A DNA stretch of 64,000 nucleotides from Lytechinus pictus (taxonomy: Eukaryota). This document shows positions 1 through 12,201 of the stretch, one piece after another (position 1 is the stretch's first letter; each line of letters begins with the position of its first letter). The stretch spans positions 8,868,001 through 8,932,000 of the forward strand of contig NC_087245.1 of assembly GCF_037042905.1 (NCBI RefSeq). Reading direction: 5' to 3'. The notes under the pieces were generated by a model that was given only the letters and a program-made list of their open reading frames with translations, was not told the origin of the DNA and did not search any database. The translations under genes were made by a program, and so were the position numbers.

Positions 1-297
1 ATATTATTTTTGTAGAAGTTACTAAAATCCTTGTGCATAGATGTATTTATTATGTAATTAGATAATTTATAGTATAAAAACACAAAATACAATATTCTGT
101 AAACAATTTTCTTTTATTTATTGACATTATAGTTTTTCTTTTTCATTGACCCCATTACTATAGAATACCCCAGGTGTAAATCAAAATTTTGAAAATTCAT
201 AACTTTTAAACGGATTATCCGATTTTGCTCAAATTTTCAGTTTGATCATTGTATTTTTCTTCATTCACTGACAGCAATGTCTGTGGTTAATTCTCCT
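1..297. mobile_element. Right end of a Kolobok-like non-autonomous DNA transposon
   Basis: Ends ...TTCTCCT followed by TTAA (298-301), the same terminus type as the complete element at 21576-22164; the left end is not seen in the window. Confidence 0.45.
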
Positions 298-1339
298 TTA
301 AGCTTTTAATAAGGTTGTTTAAACTCTGACAACTGTTAATTGATTACCTGGAATCTCAATAATCATGATAATTGTCCTCTGCACCAGCCTATTGTATTCA
401 GTCAGCAGGCCTGTCAGTGTCGATCACTCAGTCAGTGTCACCACTGGTCACATACACAGTTTTTCTAACTTGTACAACTCGACCCTCTGGCGATACGGAT
501 TTGTACCGGATATCAAAACACTTGACCAACATCAAAGCAATATCATATTCTTCCCTTGAACCAAAACATAAAGTTCTATCACAAGAATTTGGGTGTGATG
601 GACAAGCATAAAACTGAAGATCAAAATCAAAACAAAGAGTGCCAATTTGCTCACTGTATTGACAAGAAATAGTTTTGGAATAACATGGACTCCATGCCAA
701 ATTTGGCAGGCTGAAGGTCCTAAAAGCCATTATATTTTGTTTTAAGGATGCTAGATCTAACTAAACTAAAGAAGAGACACTAGTCGATTCAGGTTATGCT
801 ACCACCTACGGCTTAGCCTAGCCTGGCCCTTGACCTCGTGTAGGTGTACAAAGTACTAGTAGGCCAAATATAAAAAAGCACGCACATGTGCTGTGCGGTA
901 TATCACGCGCGCCAGTAGTAGCGCGCATATTTCCGGTCGATCGTCCGCGATAATTGTATCTATACTGCCCTGGTGATTGCGATATTGTGAATGAATAAAA
1001 GGGATTATTGTGTGTCGTGAGGGCACCCGGTATTTAACATTGTTAGAAAACAACAATGTGTTTCCAATTTTGTCATCAAACTTCACACAAAGCAGAAAAG
1101 TAGAAATTTCTGCATAAGGAACCGGTACTTGTAATAGAAATATACAAATTTATTTTCGTTTAAAACGAAAAAAATGAGCTGTACAGCCAATGTACTCTTT
1201 TGCAAACCTCGATATATACTATACCCACAATTTAGGGTTGCAAAGGTGATCACTCAGTGAGGTTACAAAATTACTTATTGATCTTAACGATAGTTGGCGC
1301 TATTCTTTGTCTACCCCAAACCATTTGAACAATCAAATC

Positions 1340-2794
1340 ACATCTCTTCAGAAAAAATGCGGGTCGAAACAATAGGACACGAATATGTTCTCCTGTTGGC
1401 TGATTGGAAGCTGCTCCTTGTAGAGGTTTCGAAGATTAATTTTCTTCTCACCTCGAATCGAGGCCTTCACACGAATTGTGCGGAAAGGCTCATCAAAGTC
1501 ATACCTGAGGAGGATGACATTAGGCTCACTCCTCTGATATCGGAGCTGCTTGATCTTAAGCTACTTGACATTGTTTCCCTCTACATCTTTCTTCATATTC
1601 GTGAACAACCGAGCATCCAAGTCTTTGAAGTCAATGAGGTCCTCATGCTGAAGCTGTACAACGGCATATGGATTCTGCTTGCATGCCAACTTAATGACAT
1701 TCACCCACTCCTGTGGATGGTAATGGATGCCCTTTTCTTGGAGTATTCTATGGTCGAGTGGATTAAATCCACCTCCATGTGGGTGTGTCCTGTTTCCAGG
1801 AACTTCTGGTCATGACATCCAATGGGCTGGTTCTTACAACATAATTAAGGCAAGCCGACAAATATCTGTTGTGGTTCTGACCACCGCAACAGTCAGAGAA
1901 GAGACTTACATGTTTAGTGGATGATGGCAAGTCAAACAATGCTCTCATGAGGCAAGTGCCTATTTCACAATCACCTCTCTTGCCTTGGTGTTCTGACCAA
2001 ATGTAACAGGTAGCACCTCCAATATCTTGTTCATACATGGTCAGATTATATGTGGACAATTTCCTCTTGTAATAAAAAAGGGTGGCATTGGCACAAGGAG
2101 TAGGCAAGTTCTGCTGGAGGTCAAAGGTAAAACTCTTGAAGGATGGATCTATTTTACTTCTTTTTTTGTCAGCTGTCTTTTCTGCTCGAGCTCTCACCTT
2201 CCTTGTCAAGTGAAGCTGGTGGACTTCCTGAGCTTTCTCTTTTTCCTTTTCTGTCAAACTGAAGAAGGATGAGCACTTACTGTATTGGTCCTTCTTTGGA
2301 TGGTGGAAGAAGAAGTTGTAATTAGAGCAAAACACCTGCCGATACACGTGGGGAGAACAAGGATCTCTTCTTTCGTTTCTGCACTTATCTTGGTACAACC
2401 TGTACATTATGGAAATATTCAGATTGGATGGAAGGTACTTTCTTGTTGAACTTTTCCGACAGTAGTGGGACTCCACTGCTGGGAAACTCTTGATAAGTTC
2501 ATGGATATGTTGGACATCTTTCACAGATGTCTTATTCTTGGGCAGATGCTTACCTCTATGATCTGATGGAGAGAAGTCCCCTTCTTTCTTTGACAGAGTG
2601 TAGCGAACAAGCTTTTCTCCGATTCCAAGAGTGGCAAGGAAGAATTTCTGACAGACTTCCTTTCTACAGTCTCCTGTAGGAAAGTAGTACACATGTTTTT
2701 GTCGTTGTTTCTCTTGGTTAGTTCGTTTTTGTTTCTCTGGATGTACATGTGTGATTGCCTCTGTAGTATATTGTGAGGAAGAACTCATTGTCAT
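1340..2794 (-). pseudogene. Sola1-type DDD transposase, frameshifted and probably 5'-truncated
   Basis: ORF 1763-2794 has VCQKFFLATLGI, ESHYCR, PKKDQYSKC, TFDLQQNLPTP, WSEHQGKRGDCEIGTCL and FSDCCGGQNHN. After a frameshift near 1810 it continues QKFLETGHTHMEVDLIHSTIE. Family assignment is from motif recognition. Confidence 0.8.
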
Positions 2795-2873
2795 GCTCCC
2801 ATACTTTTATTTCTTCACAATAGGAATGAATTGCAGGACTGCCACAAATGGCACAAAGTTTGCACGTATTTGC

Positions 2874-3143
2874 TTATGTAAATTGAACAGCGTTCAGTTT
2901 GTCATCCAGTTCACAACTTTCTTGATGGCATTCATTGTATCCCTTGCAGTGGGCAATGTGCCTTATTCCAGTGAAGCCCTTCCTTGTAGACTTCATCCAG
3001 GTGTCCCATGGTCGCCCATCTTTTGAGACAATCATCATTTCCTTTCTATCACAGTTCATTCTGAACTTCTTTAGCCCATTAACATTACAGGGAATTTCAT
3101 ATTTTTCAATGTCAATCACCTCACAATCTGCCCAGTGGGACAC
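2874..3143 (-). pseudogene. Fragment of a Cys/His-containing, probably transposon-associated protein
   Basis: Reads IPCNVNG...KDGRPWDTWMKSTRKGFTGIRHIAHCKGYNEC, which looks like coding sequence, with stops nearby. Confidence 0.45.
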
Positions 3144-3661
3144 TAAAAAGTCAGTCAGCCTTTGTTGCTTTGTAAATGTGATACCTATGGTCTTGGAGCT
3201 GTTCTCAAGAGAGTGGCATGCCGGTAAGTTGCTGTTGGTAAATGTGATGACAGAGCTGCTGCTACTTGATTGCCAGGCTGAAGAGGTGCCATTGGTCGCC
3301 TATGAGACGCTGCAGCTGCCTCCATGAAAGTCCTGGACTGGCGAGGTGTTGTGGGATTATGAGATGACAGAGCTCTCCCCATATGGGTGGTTGGTTGGTG
3401 AGGGGTTGCTATCTGATGAAATGACAGAGCATGCACCACCGTGCAAATGATGGGTTGGTGAGGTGTTGGTAATTGATGTGGCAATGGAGCTTTCTCCATC
3501 TGAGGGGTGCATTGGTGACATGTTTTTGGCTGATGTGGTATGAGATCTAAAGATAGGGACCATCTCCACCAAGTTATGCTGTACTCTATCAGATCCAATC
3601 CTCTGAAACAGCCAGCGTGACAGGGCATGGCAACCCACTGTATTTGCTTTAGACCAGCATA

Positions 3662-3957
3662 TTATAGCAAGACCACCACCTTTGTATTGTTGTCTGACTG
3701 GGTGAGTATCCACCAAACAGATCCTGTCTCTCTGGAAAAGCAGCAGCCATGAGCCAAACCAATGACAAACGCTGTCTGGTTTCTCACTGTGCCAGCCTGC
3801 AGGGCCTCTTCCACTTCTGCTACATATGGGAAGCCAAGATCAGCATTGGTCAAGCACCAAAGAACCATTCCAAATGCCCAAATGTCCATCTGCCGCAGTG
3901 ATTACATAGAAGTCTTGCTGGTAGCAGATAGTGTGTGTATTTCTGGTGCTTGAAATG
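3662..3957 (-). pseudogene. Protein kinase C-lobe remnant (subdomains VIII-IX)
   Basis: The minus strand reads FQAPEIHTLSATSKTSM*SLRQMDIWAFGMVLWCLTNADLGFPY: APE and DIWxxG motifs at kinase spacing, with one in-frame stop. Confidence 0.7.
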
Positions 3958-4088
3958 CTAATAATTTGGCCACCACTGTACATGTAGTTCATGATAAAAT
4001 TTCATTTTGAATGGGTGATATCAAATCATTCAAAATTTCAGTCTTCTGCTTCCTTGGCCATCTTCACAGTCTGCTTTTCTGATGCCTT

Positions 4089-4180
4089 TCAAAGGGATGC
4101 CCTCACATCCTTGACTTTCTGGCCCATCTTTGCTCTGACTTTGCCCGGAGTCACATCTGGAAATTTAGCTGTAATGTAAT
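4089..4180 (-). pseudogene. Terminal exon resembling a BEN-domain C-terminus
   Basis: An acceptor (TACAG on the minus strand, ending at 4181) precedes (D)YITAKFPDVTPGKVRAKMGQKVKDVRASL*, similar to BEN-domain C-terminal helices. Confidence 0.45.
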
Positions 4181-4214
4181 CTGTATTTAAATAATTGAAA
4201 AGAATATAAACATT

Positions 4215-4650
4215 TAACAAGGGCAACTCATTGGGTAGTATCCCAATGCCAGGTAAAAATCTGAATCCACTGAAGGAATATGACTTGTAGTTTTCTTCAG
4301 GATGTATGACTTTTACCTTGACCTCTGGCCTTAAAATTTGTTTACAGTGCAAGTCATTTATATGGATTAAATTTGTATCAAGTTTGGTCTGTTGAAGGAT
4401 GTTGCATCTAGAGCAGGTCTAGAGCATTCACAATATTGTAAAGTTCCAATTGACTTTGACCTTGACATCTCGCCTTGAAAATTTTTAGAGTTCCAAACAT
4501 CAATATGGAGTAACTATGTACCAAGTTTGGTCAAACTCTGTTAAAGGACAAGAACTCTAAATGTAGAGCACTCAGAAGATTTGTTATGGATGGACAGACA
4601 GCAGCATTGATCCCCTTTGTGACTTTGTCAGCAAGGGGTAAAAAAAAGTA
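4215..4650 (-). mobile_element. Degenerate Helentron-associated (HINE/pearl-like) element
   Basis: Repeated GACTTTGACCTTGACCT cores, a GGAC/AGAC microsatellite, and an inverted repeat (CCCCTTTG...GCAAGGGG) followed by an A-run. Confidence 0.45.
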
Positions 4651-4986
4651 GTGGGTATCACTCGTAACCCCAATAAGGGCAAAAGATGCACTAATTCCAA
4701 ATTTAATCAATCAGGAAAACCCTTGAGACAAACATGAGTAAAATTATTTCTTGAAGAAAATGTTTAGAAGTCAGGAGAAAATTTGTGAGTTTTGTGTATC
4801 AATTCCCTATTCATATTATGTAGTGAATCAATTGTTAATTCTTTTGTATTTCTGTGGAATGGAGTGACTTATTCAGCTAAAATGTTTGACAAAATTTTCT
4901 AGCATGAAAAAGGATATCTACAAAAGAATCAAATTCATGAACTGCTACAAATTGCTTTATTGCTATTATTGAGTAATTTGACTTTA

Positions 4987-5140
4987 ACTCATCTTTGACC
5001 ATGTGTCCTTTTTGATCAGGGTTATGTGTAAGTTTGATTTTAATCCCAAATGACCATTCTGACTTTTACTCATCTTTGACCATGTGTCCGTTTGATCAGG
5101 GTTATGTGTAAGTTTGATTTTAATCCCAAACTGACCATTC
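4987..5140. repeat. Tandem duplication of about 80 bp
   Basis: ACTCATCTTTGACCATGTGTCC...TAATCCCAAA(C)TGACCATTCT occurs twice in a row. Confidence 0.85.
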
Positions 5141-6483
5141 TACAGAACTTGAATAAAGTGTTAGTTGTATTTTACTTTTGTGACAAAACAATTTTGGTTG
5201 GCTTGCATATATATTTGCATTGTACGATTCATTTTAAAAGTACAGTATGATATACATGACATAATATGTGAAATGTGACTTGAAAATTCTCATGTTGCAT
5301 TTAAAGTTGACAAGACAAGCCAGCAAGTGCATGCTATTGACCCAAATAGTTTTCAACATAAAGCCCAAATAAATACACAATGCATGACAAAGAGTTTATC
5401 ATTATTACCTTTATTGCTTGTGAAGGTAAACAAATAATGTTTTTGAGCTGAATTATTCATTTTCGTAGAAGTCAAACACATATTAAACAAAACATACACA
5501 AAAAGCTTGTAGTATGTTATGCTTTAAACTACATGAAATGAAAACAACATGGAAATGAGTTGCTATATTTGCAACTTCTTTTTCTCTGTAACATTGGAGT
5601 AAACTTACAACTTCTTGTTCTCTAGTACATTGGAATGAGCTTGCAACTTCTTTTTCTCTGGAACATTGGAATGAACTGTACATACATGAAGAGCATGTAA
5701 CATGCATGCAGGACTTTAGAAAAAATAAAGCTTCCGATGAACTTGTCACCACTTTTCTTTTCCATGTAAAACTGAAATAAACTGTGATTTATGTACAGCA
5801 TTTTGTGCATTACGACATACTACATGTACATGTATACATCACTTCCTTTCGAGTCTGGCAGGAATGGCACTCTGATTCTAGATCTTATCAAAGTTTCAAT
5901 TACAACATTTACAACTCATTTCTCTACTTTGGTCCAATCCAAACATTTCTAAACACAAAAATCAAAACAAGGATACATGCACAAAGTACGAGTGTTTCTT
6001 TTCTATTAAATGTATGTTCAATATCCTTCCCATGTGAAGGCAAAATTATTTAACAAGGTTATAGCAATGTCAGTACAGCTTCAATTCTTTGGTAGCTCTA
6101 CTTTTATACTTCCAGCAAAGTCTTACATCGCATTATAAACCTTGCTATGAACATCCTATGCAAAATATATGCTGGCTATATGAAAAAACCACATGAAAAT
6201 GAGTTGTTATTTTCAACTTCCTTTATACACTGAAACATTGAAATAGACTGTCTTTATGCATGCAGAGCTTGTACACATGTGAAGGTTTACATGATAGGAA
6301 AATAAAGCATGCAGATGAATGATGACACCTCAAGCCATGATTTTCCAAACCAGTACTGTAAACTAGGTGTAGACCCTCTCAATGGGCAAAATAATCAATA
6401 AGTTGGTATATGATGTTTACTTCTTGACCCCAAAACATGTCTCCGGCAAACACCTTCAATGGGTGCAGGCATAACAATTATAA

Positions 6484-6644
6484 AGGCGCAATTATATCGC
6501 ATGAAATCACGGCGCAGCATTTACGCGATATCTAAGCCGTGATTGGTTAATGTGTTGAACATTCTGTATGCAGAGTAGCACACCGACCAATTGCAGACTA
6601 GATATCTTGTGAATGCTGTGCCGTGATGCCGTGTAAACGAGCCT
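6484..6644. mobile_element. Short palindromic MITE (Harbinger-like)
   Basis: AGGC...ATCACGGCGCAGCATTTACGCGATATCTA pairs with TAGATATCTTGTGAATGCTGTGCCGTGAT...GCCT; TAA/TTA flanks. Confidence 0.5.
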
Positions 6645-7739
6645 TTACAATGAAAATTAAGCAAAATTTTAATGTAGAATAAGCACCCTCAGCAGAAGGT
6701 CTCAAATATATACTACATATTTTTGGTTGTTTCAAATTTGAAGTAAATTTGCCATTTGGGGAAATACATCACAGGAATATTATTACACTCATTCAAATGT
6801 AAATACAGAGGTATAATACTGCCATACTATATAGTGCGTCCCACAAAAATCGAAACCGTGATTTATCGATGATTTATAGTAACTTAAACACAAACACAAT
6901 AGACAAATAACCTATCATTTTAAAGCTTGGAATCTCCTCGTTTAACTCAAAAGATTCCTCCTTCACGCATGATTGAGTAAAAACAATTTGAAGAAAGGAA
7001 ACAAAAAAGTCACTTGGCGGGCGGTATCTGATCTTCAAACAGAAAATTACATGTCTGAAAAGTTCAATATCTGCTCTTTAATTTGATACCTTAATCACAG
7101 AAAATGGGCAAGAAATAACAAAGCATTATTTCAAAGAGAAATAATGCTTGTAACCCCATAATTTTAATCAAAAAGGCATTTTCACAGATTCTCTACGGTA
7201 GCTATTGCACAGTTTACAAAAGACTTTATGCCTGACTGATTGTCAACAAAGCAGAATGTTGAGTAAGTCCGACAGCTACACTGTAAAACACCTTCATTTT
7301 AGAAAATTATTTGAATGCAATCATTAAAAAAAACAGAACTTTGTTATTTCTTGATTATGTTATTATTATTAGCCGATTTAAAGATTGACATTTATTTATC
7401 TCTAGAGTACAAATTATACATGTATAGACTATTGTAAACTGTTAGTGACCAATGTAATATTGATTACACAAAATTGTGTCAGTTCAAAGTATGGTACAAG
7501 TGGTTTGATTTAGAGCTGCTTAATTGATGAAGCTTTGCCCAACTTTTGATACAATGGGATAAGAAACCTCGCCAATTTCAGGGAATAATTATACTTCTCA
7601 AAGTTAGTAGCAATTTTGGTTGATGGGGAAATACTTTAAACAAAGTTCTGTACAGTCCTATTTTAAGAAGAAAGCCTCTTGCACAAAATAAATTCTGTAT
7701 GCATTCTTATAAAAAAATGCAAAGCAAATTGCAAAGTTA

Positions 7740-7972
7740 TATAAGGAAAATTATTCCCTGAATTCATAATAACCCTTCTTTTATGCACAATTGTGCAGGA
7801 CATGCTGGCGGAATCACAGCTGGGCCTTCAGTGCTTCCATCTTTGCATTTGTTGGCGGTAAAGATAAGAGCATCTCGTCCACCTCCCTTTCATTCTGCCA
7901 CAGGCCATGGTACTGAATGTCTGCAGTAAATTTTTCAAGTTCTCCTATTCGGCACTGTGCCTTGGCCTCCTT
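7740..7972 (-). pseudogene. C-terminal segment of the hAT-like transposase whose main part lies at 14511-19078
   Basis: Reads KEAKAQCRIGELEKFTADIQYHGLWQNEREVDEMLLSLPPTNAKMEALKAQL*FRQHVL, continuing ...RKALKEKEKEK of ORF 15316-15870. Confidence 0.75.
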
Positions 7973-8231
7973 GGGTGGTATTCTGAGATCCATTTTATCT
8001 CAGATAAAATAAAATATTTTATCTCCGTTAAAATCAGTGAGATGAAATACCCCTAAAATCTCTCCGAATTGGTATTCTGAGAACAATTTTATCTTCATTT
8101 TATCTCTGTGAGACACCTATTTTTTAATAAATATCCAATTAGAAACGCGCTTATCAAGCTCATATCATTCAACCAATGGAAATCCATTCTGCTAGGAGGT
8201 GTGGCGAGGGAGTGAGATTGCGTCAATTTAT
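7916..8231. repeat. 316-bp direct repeat, copy 1 (copy 2 at 14511-14826)
   Basis: Near-identical from AATGTCTGC to GCGTCAATTTAT; contains 57 bp of transposase flank plus the left part of the MITE at 14568-15387. Confidence 0.95.
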
Positions 8232-9975
8232 AGTTCAAATTTATAGTTTGGCATGTCTGGAAATACTTTTTCATATCAATTGTGAATGATCTTTGATTGT
8301 AAAACTTTTGACTTTTTATTATTTTTTCATTCTGTTTTATCTTGCATACGTACCATGGGATCCATATCCCAAAGAAAGTGCCATTTTTGTTCTGTAAAAT
8401 TAACTTGACAAGCATGAACAAAACCTTTACGTAGCGAAATAATTTTACAAGCAAACAAAGTCACATAATGTATACCTGCACGGCTCTAAAAGGGGAGGGA
8501 GCAGGTCATACTTGGGTTTGGGGCATTCTAACAAGAACATGATGTCATTATCTAACTCATTTCCAAGTTGAAGAAAAAAGAAAATACATTGATTTTGTTT
8601 TTGTGATCAATGTTGAAAAAAAAATACTGCTTTTATAAATGCAATAATATTTAAAATTGACAGATTTGTCAGAATATTATCACAGTATCCACAAACCAAC
8701 AAGCAACACAATTTGTGACTTGCTAGAAAAATTAAAAGTTTGATCAAATTTAGTTAACATTGAAATAGTTTTCATGTCGGCCTAGCATTTTTAATAAGAT
8801 CAAGATTCACATAAAAGACAAATGTTCCGCATTCAAGTTTTCACAATATCCATCTTTTATTTTTCAATCACCATAAAACACATATTTACATACCAGTACA
8901 CATTTATGTCAGAATCAAGTCATCAAAAGTCATATTTCATAATAACAATAAAAATATAGAACTCTAATTGTAGGCCTACTAGAATATCGTGATCAATATA
9001 ATTTATATTCTTCATTGACATATCAAATTCTAAGTTTTCATTAGTGAAGACCTAATAATCATGTTGCAGATCTAGTCCTGACCTTAAAATTAAGCATGCC
9101 AGGGCCAAACAGGCCGCTATACATCATTACATGTACTAGGTCTTAGCCCATTGGCATTGAGTGGATCTAACTTTACTTTAGATTTAAAAAGTAAAAGTTA
9201 GATAAGCCTATGCTAAAGTCATCATGGTCATAGGATTTATGTAGACCGTTATACCCGGACCAGTTACAAGTCTAGATCTAACTAAAGATTCTAGATTATA
9301 TTACGTACTGATTATGAATATCGCGTTCAACCAAAACGTTGATTTTAATGTGATTTCGATTGTGAAATCGAGACTCTATTATTACGGGCTTAATTTGACT
9401 GGCCTTATGCTGCAGCTGACGGACCGGTCAGCCAGGCTCCAGCTACTGCATGAGCTATCCTAACGTTGGGCCTACAGCTAGCCCGGCATTAGCTCGATCG
9501 AGGTGCAAGCGATCTCGCCGACTACCGAAAAGTAGGTCATGTGAAAGTCCAGGTCGTGAAAATTGTTTTTGCGAGAAAGGAAATCGCAATAAATTTAGCT
9601 TTATTAATCGATCATCTACATTTGACACTTACCAAGAAAGCAAAGATTTGGCAAGGCTATATTCTCTTCAATAGAATTTACGGCAACAAAGTTTAATCAG
9701 GTAAGTTAATACTCGATCGACTTCATTTCCGAGGCTTTAGGCTATATTTTAAGGCGTATCTGAAACATGTGTTGTGAAGCTAATTAGCATAAGAAATGCA
9801 AATCAGTGTTGGTCATGCGTAGACGTAGACGTACCGGTAGTCTTTTCTTTCAACCAATACACACAATTACTGTGCACGCTCCGTAGTCCTTGTATATAGA
9901 ATTTGCAGTTGTAAAATCGACTTGGGATTGCTCAATCTATTCAGTCGTCCTGTTGATGAAGACTAGAATATATGG

Positions 9976-10203
9976 CAGGGGCGGATCCAGGGATTTTTAA
10001 GGGGGATGAAATTTTTCGGAGGAAAATTTTGACAAGCCCCCCCCCCCCAAAAAAAAAAGGTTTTAAACCACCGTGAAATTAAGGTTAAAATAAGCAAAAA
10101 AAGTCTTCAATTTCAAAAGAGGGGGCAAACCTCGGTTTTAATGGCATTTTTACATTATACATTTTGCTTCTCAAAGCCCCCCCCTTCCTTTGATCTGCGC
10201 CTG
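9976..10203. mobile_element. hAT-type MITE (CAGGGGCGGATCCAG family)
   Basis: Termini CAGGGGCGGATC...GATCTGCGCCTG, same family as 54561-54750; the 8-bp flanks (ATATATGG / CTCTGTGG) do not match. Confidence 0.7.
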
Positions 10204-10813
10204 CTCTGTGGTGTTTTTGGAAAGAGTTAATGTTGCTGTTGAGTGTTGTCGATACAAAATTAGACCCCCAACTTTGCTTCTCCTTTTGGAGGGCTCAGAA
10301 TAATTTATGTTGAACTTTGTTAAATTCTAAATGTGACACCATGGTCTAAACGACGAATCTGTGGTTTAGGCTTTGATAAAATAGATGCTATCATTGCTAG
10401 CTAGGCCTAACGTTAGTAGATCTCCATCATACTAGTCTCGATAAACTCGGGCGGGGTCATGCATGTACGAGAATTTTTTTAAGCCCCCCGACCCACCACT
10501 TACACTTCCAAAAACGATCCCTCAGTACCCAGTAAATAAAGAGATCTAACATAGTTTAGTGTCATTTGGTGCTGAATAGCCTCGTCCCACAGGCCCTCGT
10601 AATTTTGCCCCTCCGCGGGGATCAAGATTCAAAGTCTTAATGTTGTCGAGTTATGCAAGGGGGGGGGATTGTCCGGGGAATTGTGAACATTTAGAGAGTG
10701 TAATAATATTTCCAGCCAATGCTTGTTTCTTTCCCCAACTAGCTAGTATGAGAATATAATTAAATTCTAAATATTTCTTTTATAAATCCCATCATTCCAT
10801 CATTTTACAGAAT

Positions 10814-11767
10814 ATGGAATCGACTCCAAGAAAGAAAGGGGCCTGGAAGACGCATGAGATTATATCATGCCTTGACCTATACGTGGAAAACTATTGTACC
10901 TATAGGTCGATGAAGAAGGCGGGTCAAGCCAAGGCGTTTCACGATAGAATGTGTGATCTTCTTCAACTACACAGAAAACTTGATCAAGAATTTGGGTCGT
11001 GAATACAGGGAAGAAATCAAAAGAAGCATGCAAACTGGTGTAGAGACAAGGGAACCTACAATGAGAGGTTCATCCGAGCTGTACTACAAATATGAGGAGT
11101 ACAAACCAACTGTATTTCCCCGCTGGTGGACAGGTGATTAATTAAATACACTAGAGTTATACAATAGAATTGACCCTTCGCATAAATAAATCAGTAAATC
11201 AATAATAAATAAATGAATAAATGTATGAATGAATAGATAGATAAATAAATATGGGTCCTTGAATATATCAAAACAAGAAATTCGTGAGTTGCAAAGAAGG
11301 AAAAAAGAACAAGCGAAGTACATAATGAAATTACATATAATAGTACTAAAGTTCAAGATTATTGTCCATTATACGCCTATGATATCAAAGTTAAAAAGTT
11401 TTTAAAACTGTTGTATATATGAGATTCACAAAGTACCAAGTTAACGAAATAAGGTTAATTTTGCAATAAGTGACAATAAACTTAAAGTATATGTTCTGTA
11501 AATTTGTATACTTTTCAGGTAAAGCCCCAAGCTGTGATCACGGAGGGCAATGTCACAACTTTCGACAGTGACAATGGGGAGGCTGCTGGACCAAGCGAGC
11601 CTCACTCTTGCAAGAAGAAACGCATGAGTGCTCAAACCACTCGGGAAGAGGAGATGCTGACAGCGATTAAGGCGTTAGTTGACACAAACAAAAAGATTGC
11701 ATTGGAACTAGAAACTATTAGAATGGTGCTTGCTGCACAGTTTGGAATCCAAGTGCAACAAGAATAA
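10814..11767 (+). pseudogene. Harbinger Myb/SANT-like DNA-binding protein, two exons (10814-11133, 11519-11767), apparently two frameshifts
   Basis: MESTPRKKGAWKTHEIISCLDLY... then NLIKNLGREYRE... in another frame; GT donor at 11134, TTTTCAG acceptor ending 11518; C-terminal coiled coil EEEMLTAIKALVDTNKKIALELETIR. Confidence 0.7.
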
Positions 11768-11837
11768 TTCGTAGTCCTGATTTCTTGGTTCTCTATTCAC
11801 CCCCCCCTTCCGTCTGTTTTTAACAAGGCCCTCTCAC

Positions 11838-11940
11838 CATGGACCTATCCACGGAGGATTATTTTATTGTTACTTGGGGTGCTGAGCATTGTCACAGCAC
11901 CCCCAGTAACAATAGATAATCTTCCGTGGCCAGGTCCATG
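11838..11940. mobile_element. 103-bp hairpin hAT-type MITE
   Basis: Arms of about 46 bp (CATGGACC...GGGGTGCTG / CAGCACCCC...GGTCCATG) and a perfect 8-bp TSD CCTCTCAC (11830-11837, 11941-11948). Confidence 0.9.
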
Positions 11941-12201
11941 CCTCTCACTGTAGCCTATTTCTACTGATAACATTTCACTTTAAAATGTGAGTAAATTGAA
12001 ATCTGTCAATAAAAGGAGATTTAATTGAACTGAATGAAAAATTTTCATGTGTTTTTACACAACTTAATTCGATGGAGAAAGTCGCAAGTGAAAGAATTAT
12101 GAATGAACATTACAAAAATCAAATATTACTCCTCGAGAGAAGAATTCGAATTAGTAGTTTGTAAATCGGTTTGTGATGTTTTCTGATCAAGAGCAAGAAA
12201 T

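Noticed and set aside
348..730. 100-aa minus-strand ORF with a possible donor near 348
   Set aside because: No recognisable domain; could be a decayed exon but is unsupported.
1294..1815. 173-aa plus-strand ORF
   Set aside because: Antisense shadow of the Sola1 transposase C-terminus.
6829..7300. Tc1/mariner-like terminus TATAGTGCGTCCCACAAAA
   Set aside because: No partner TIR or transposase found.
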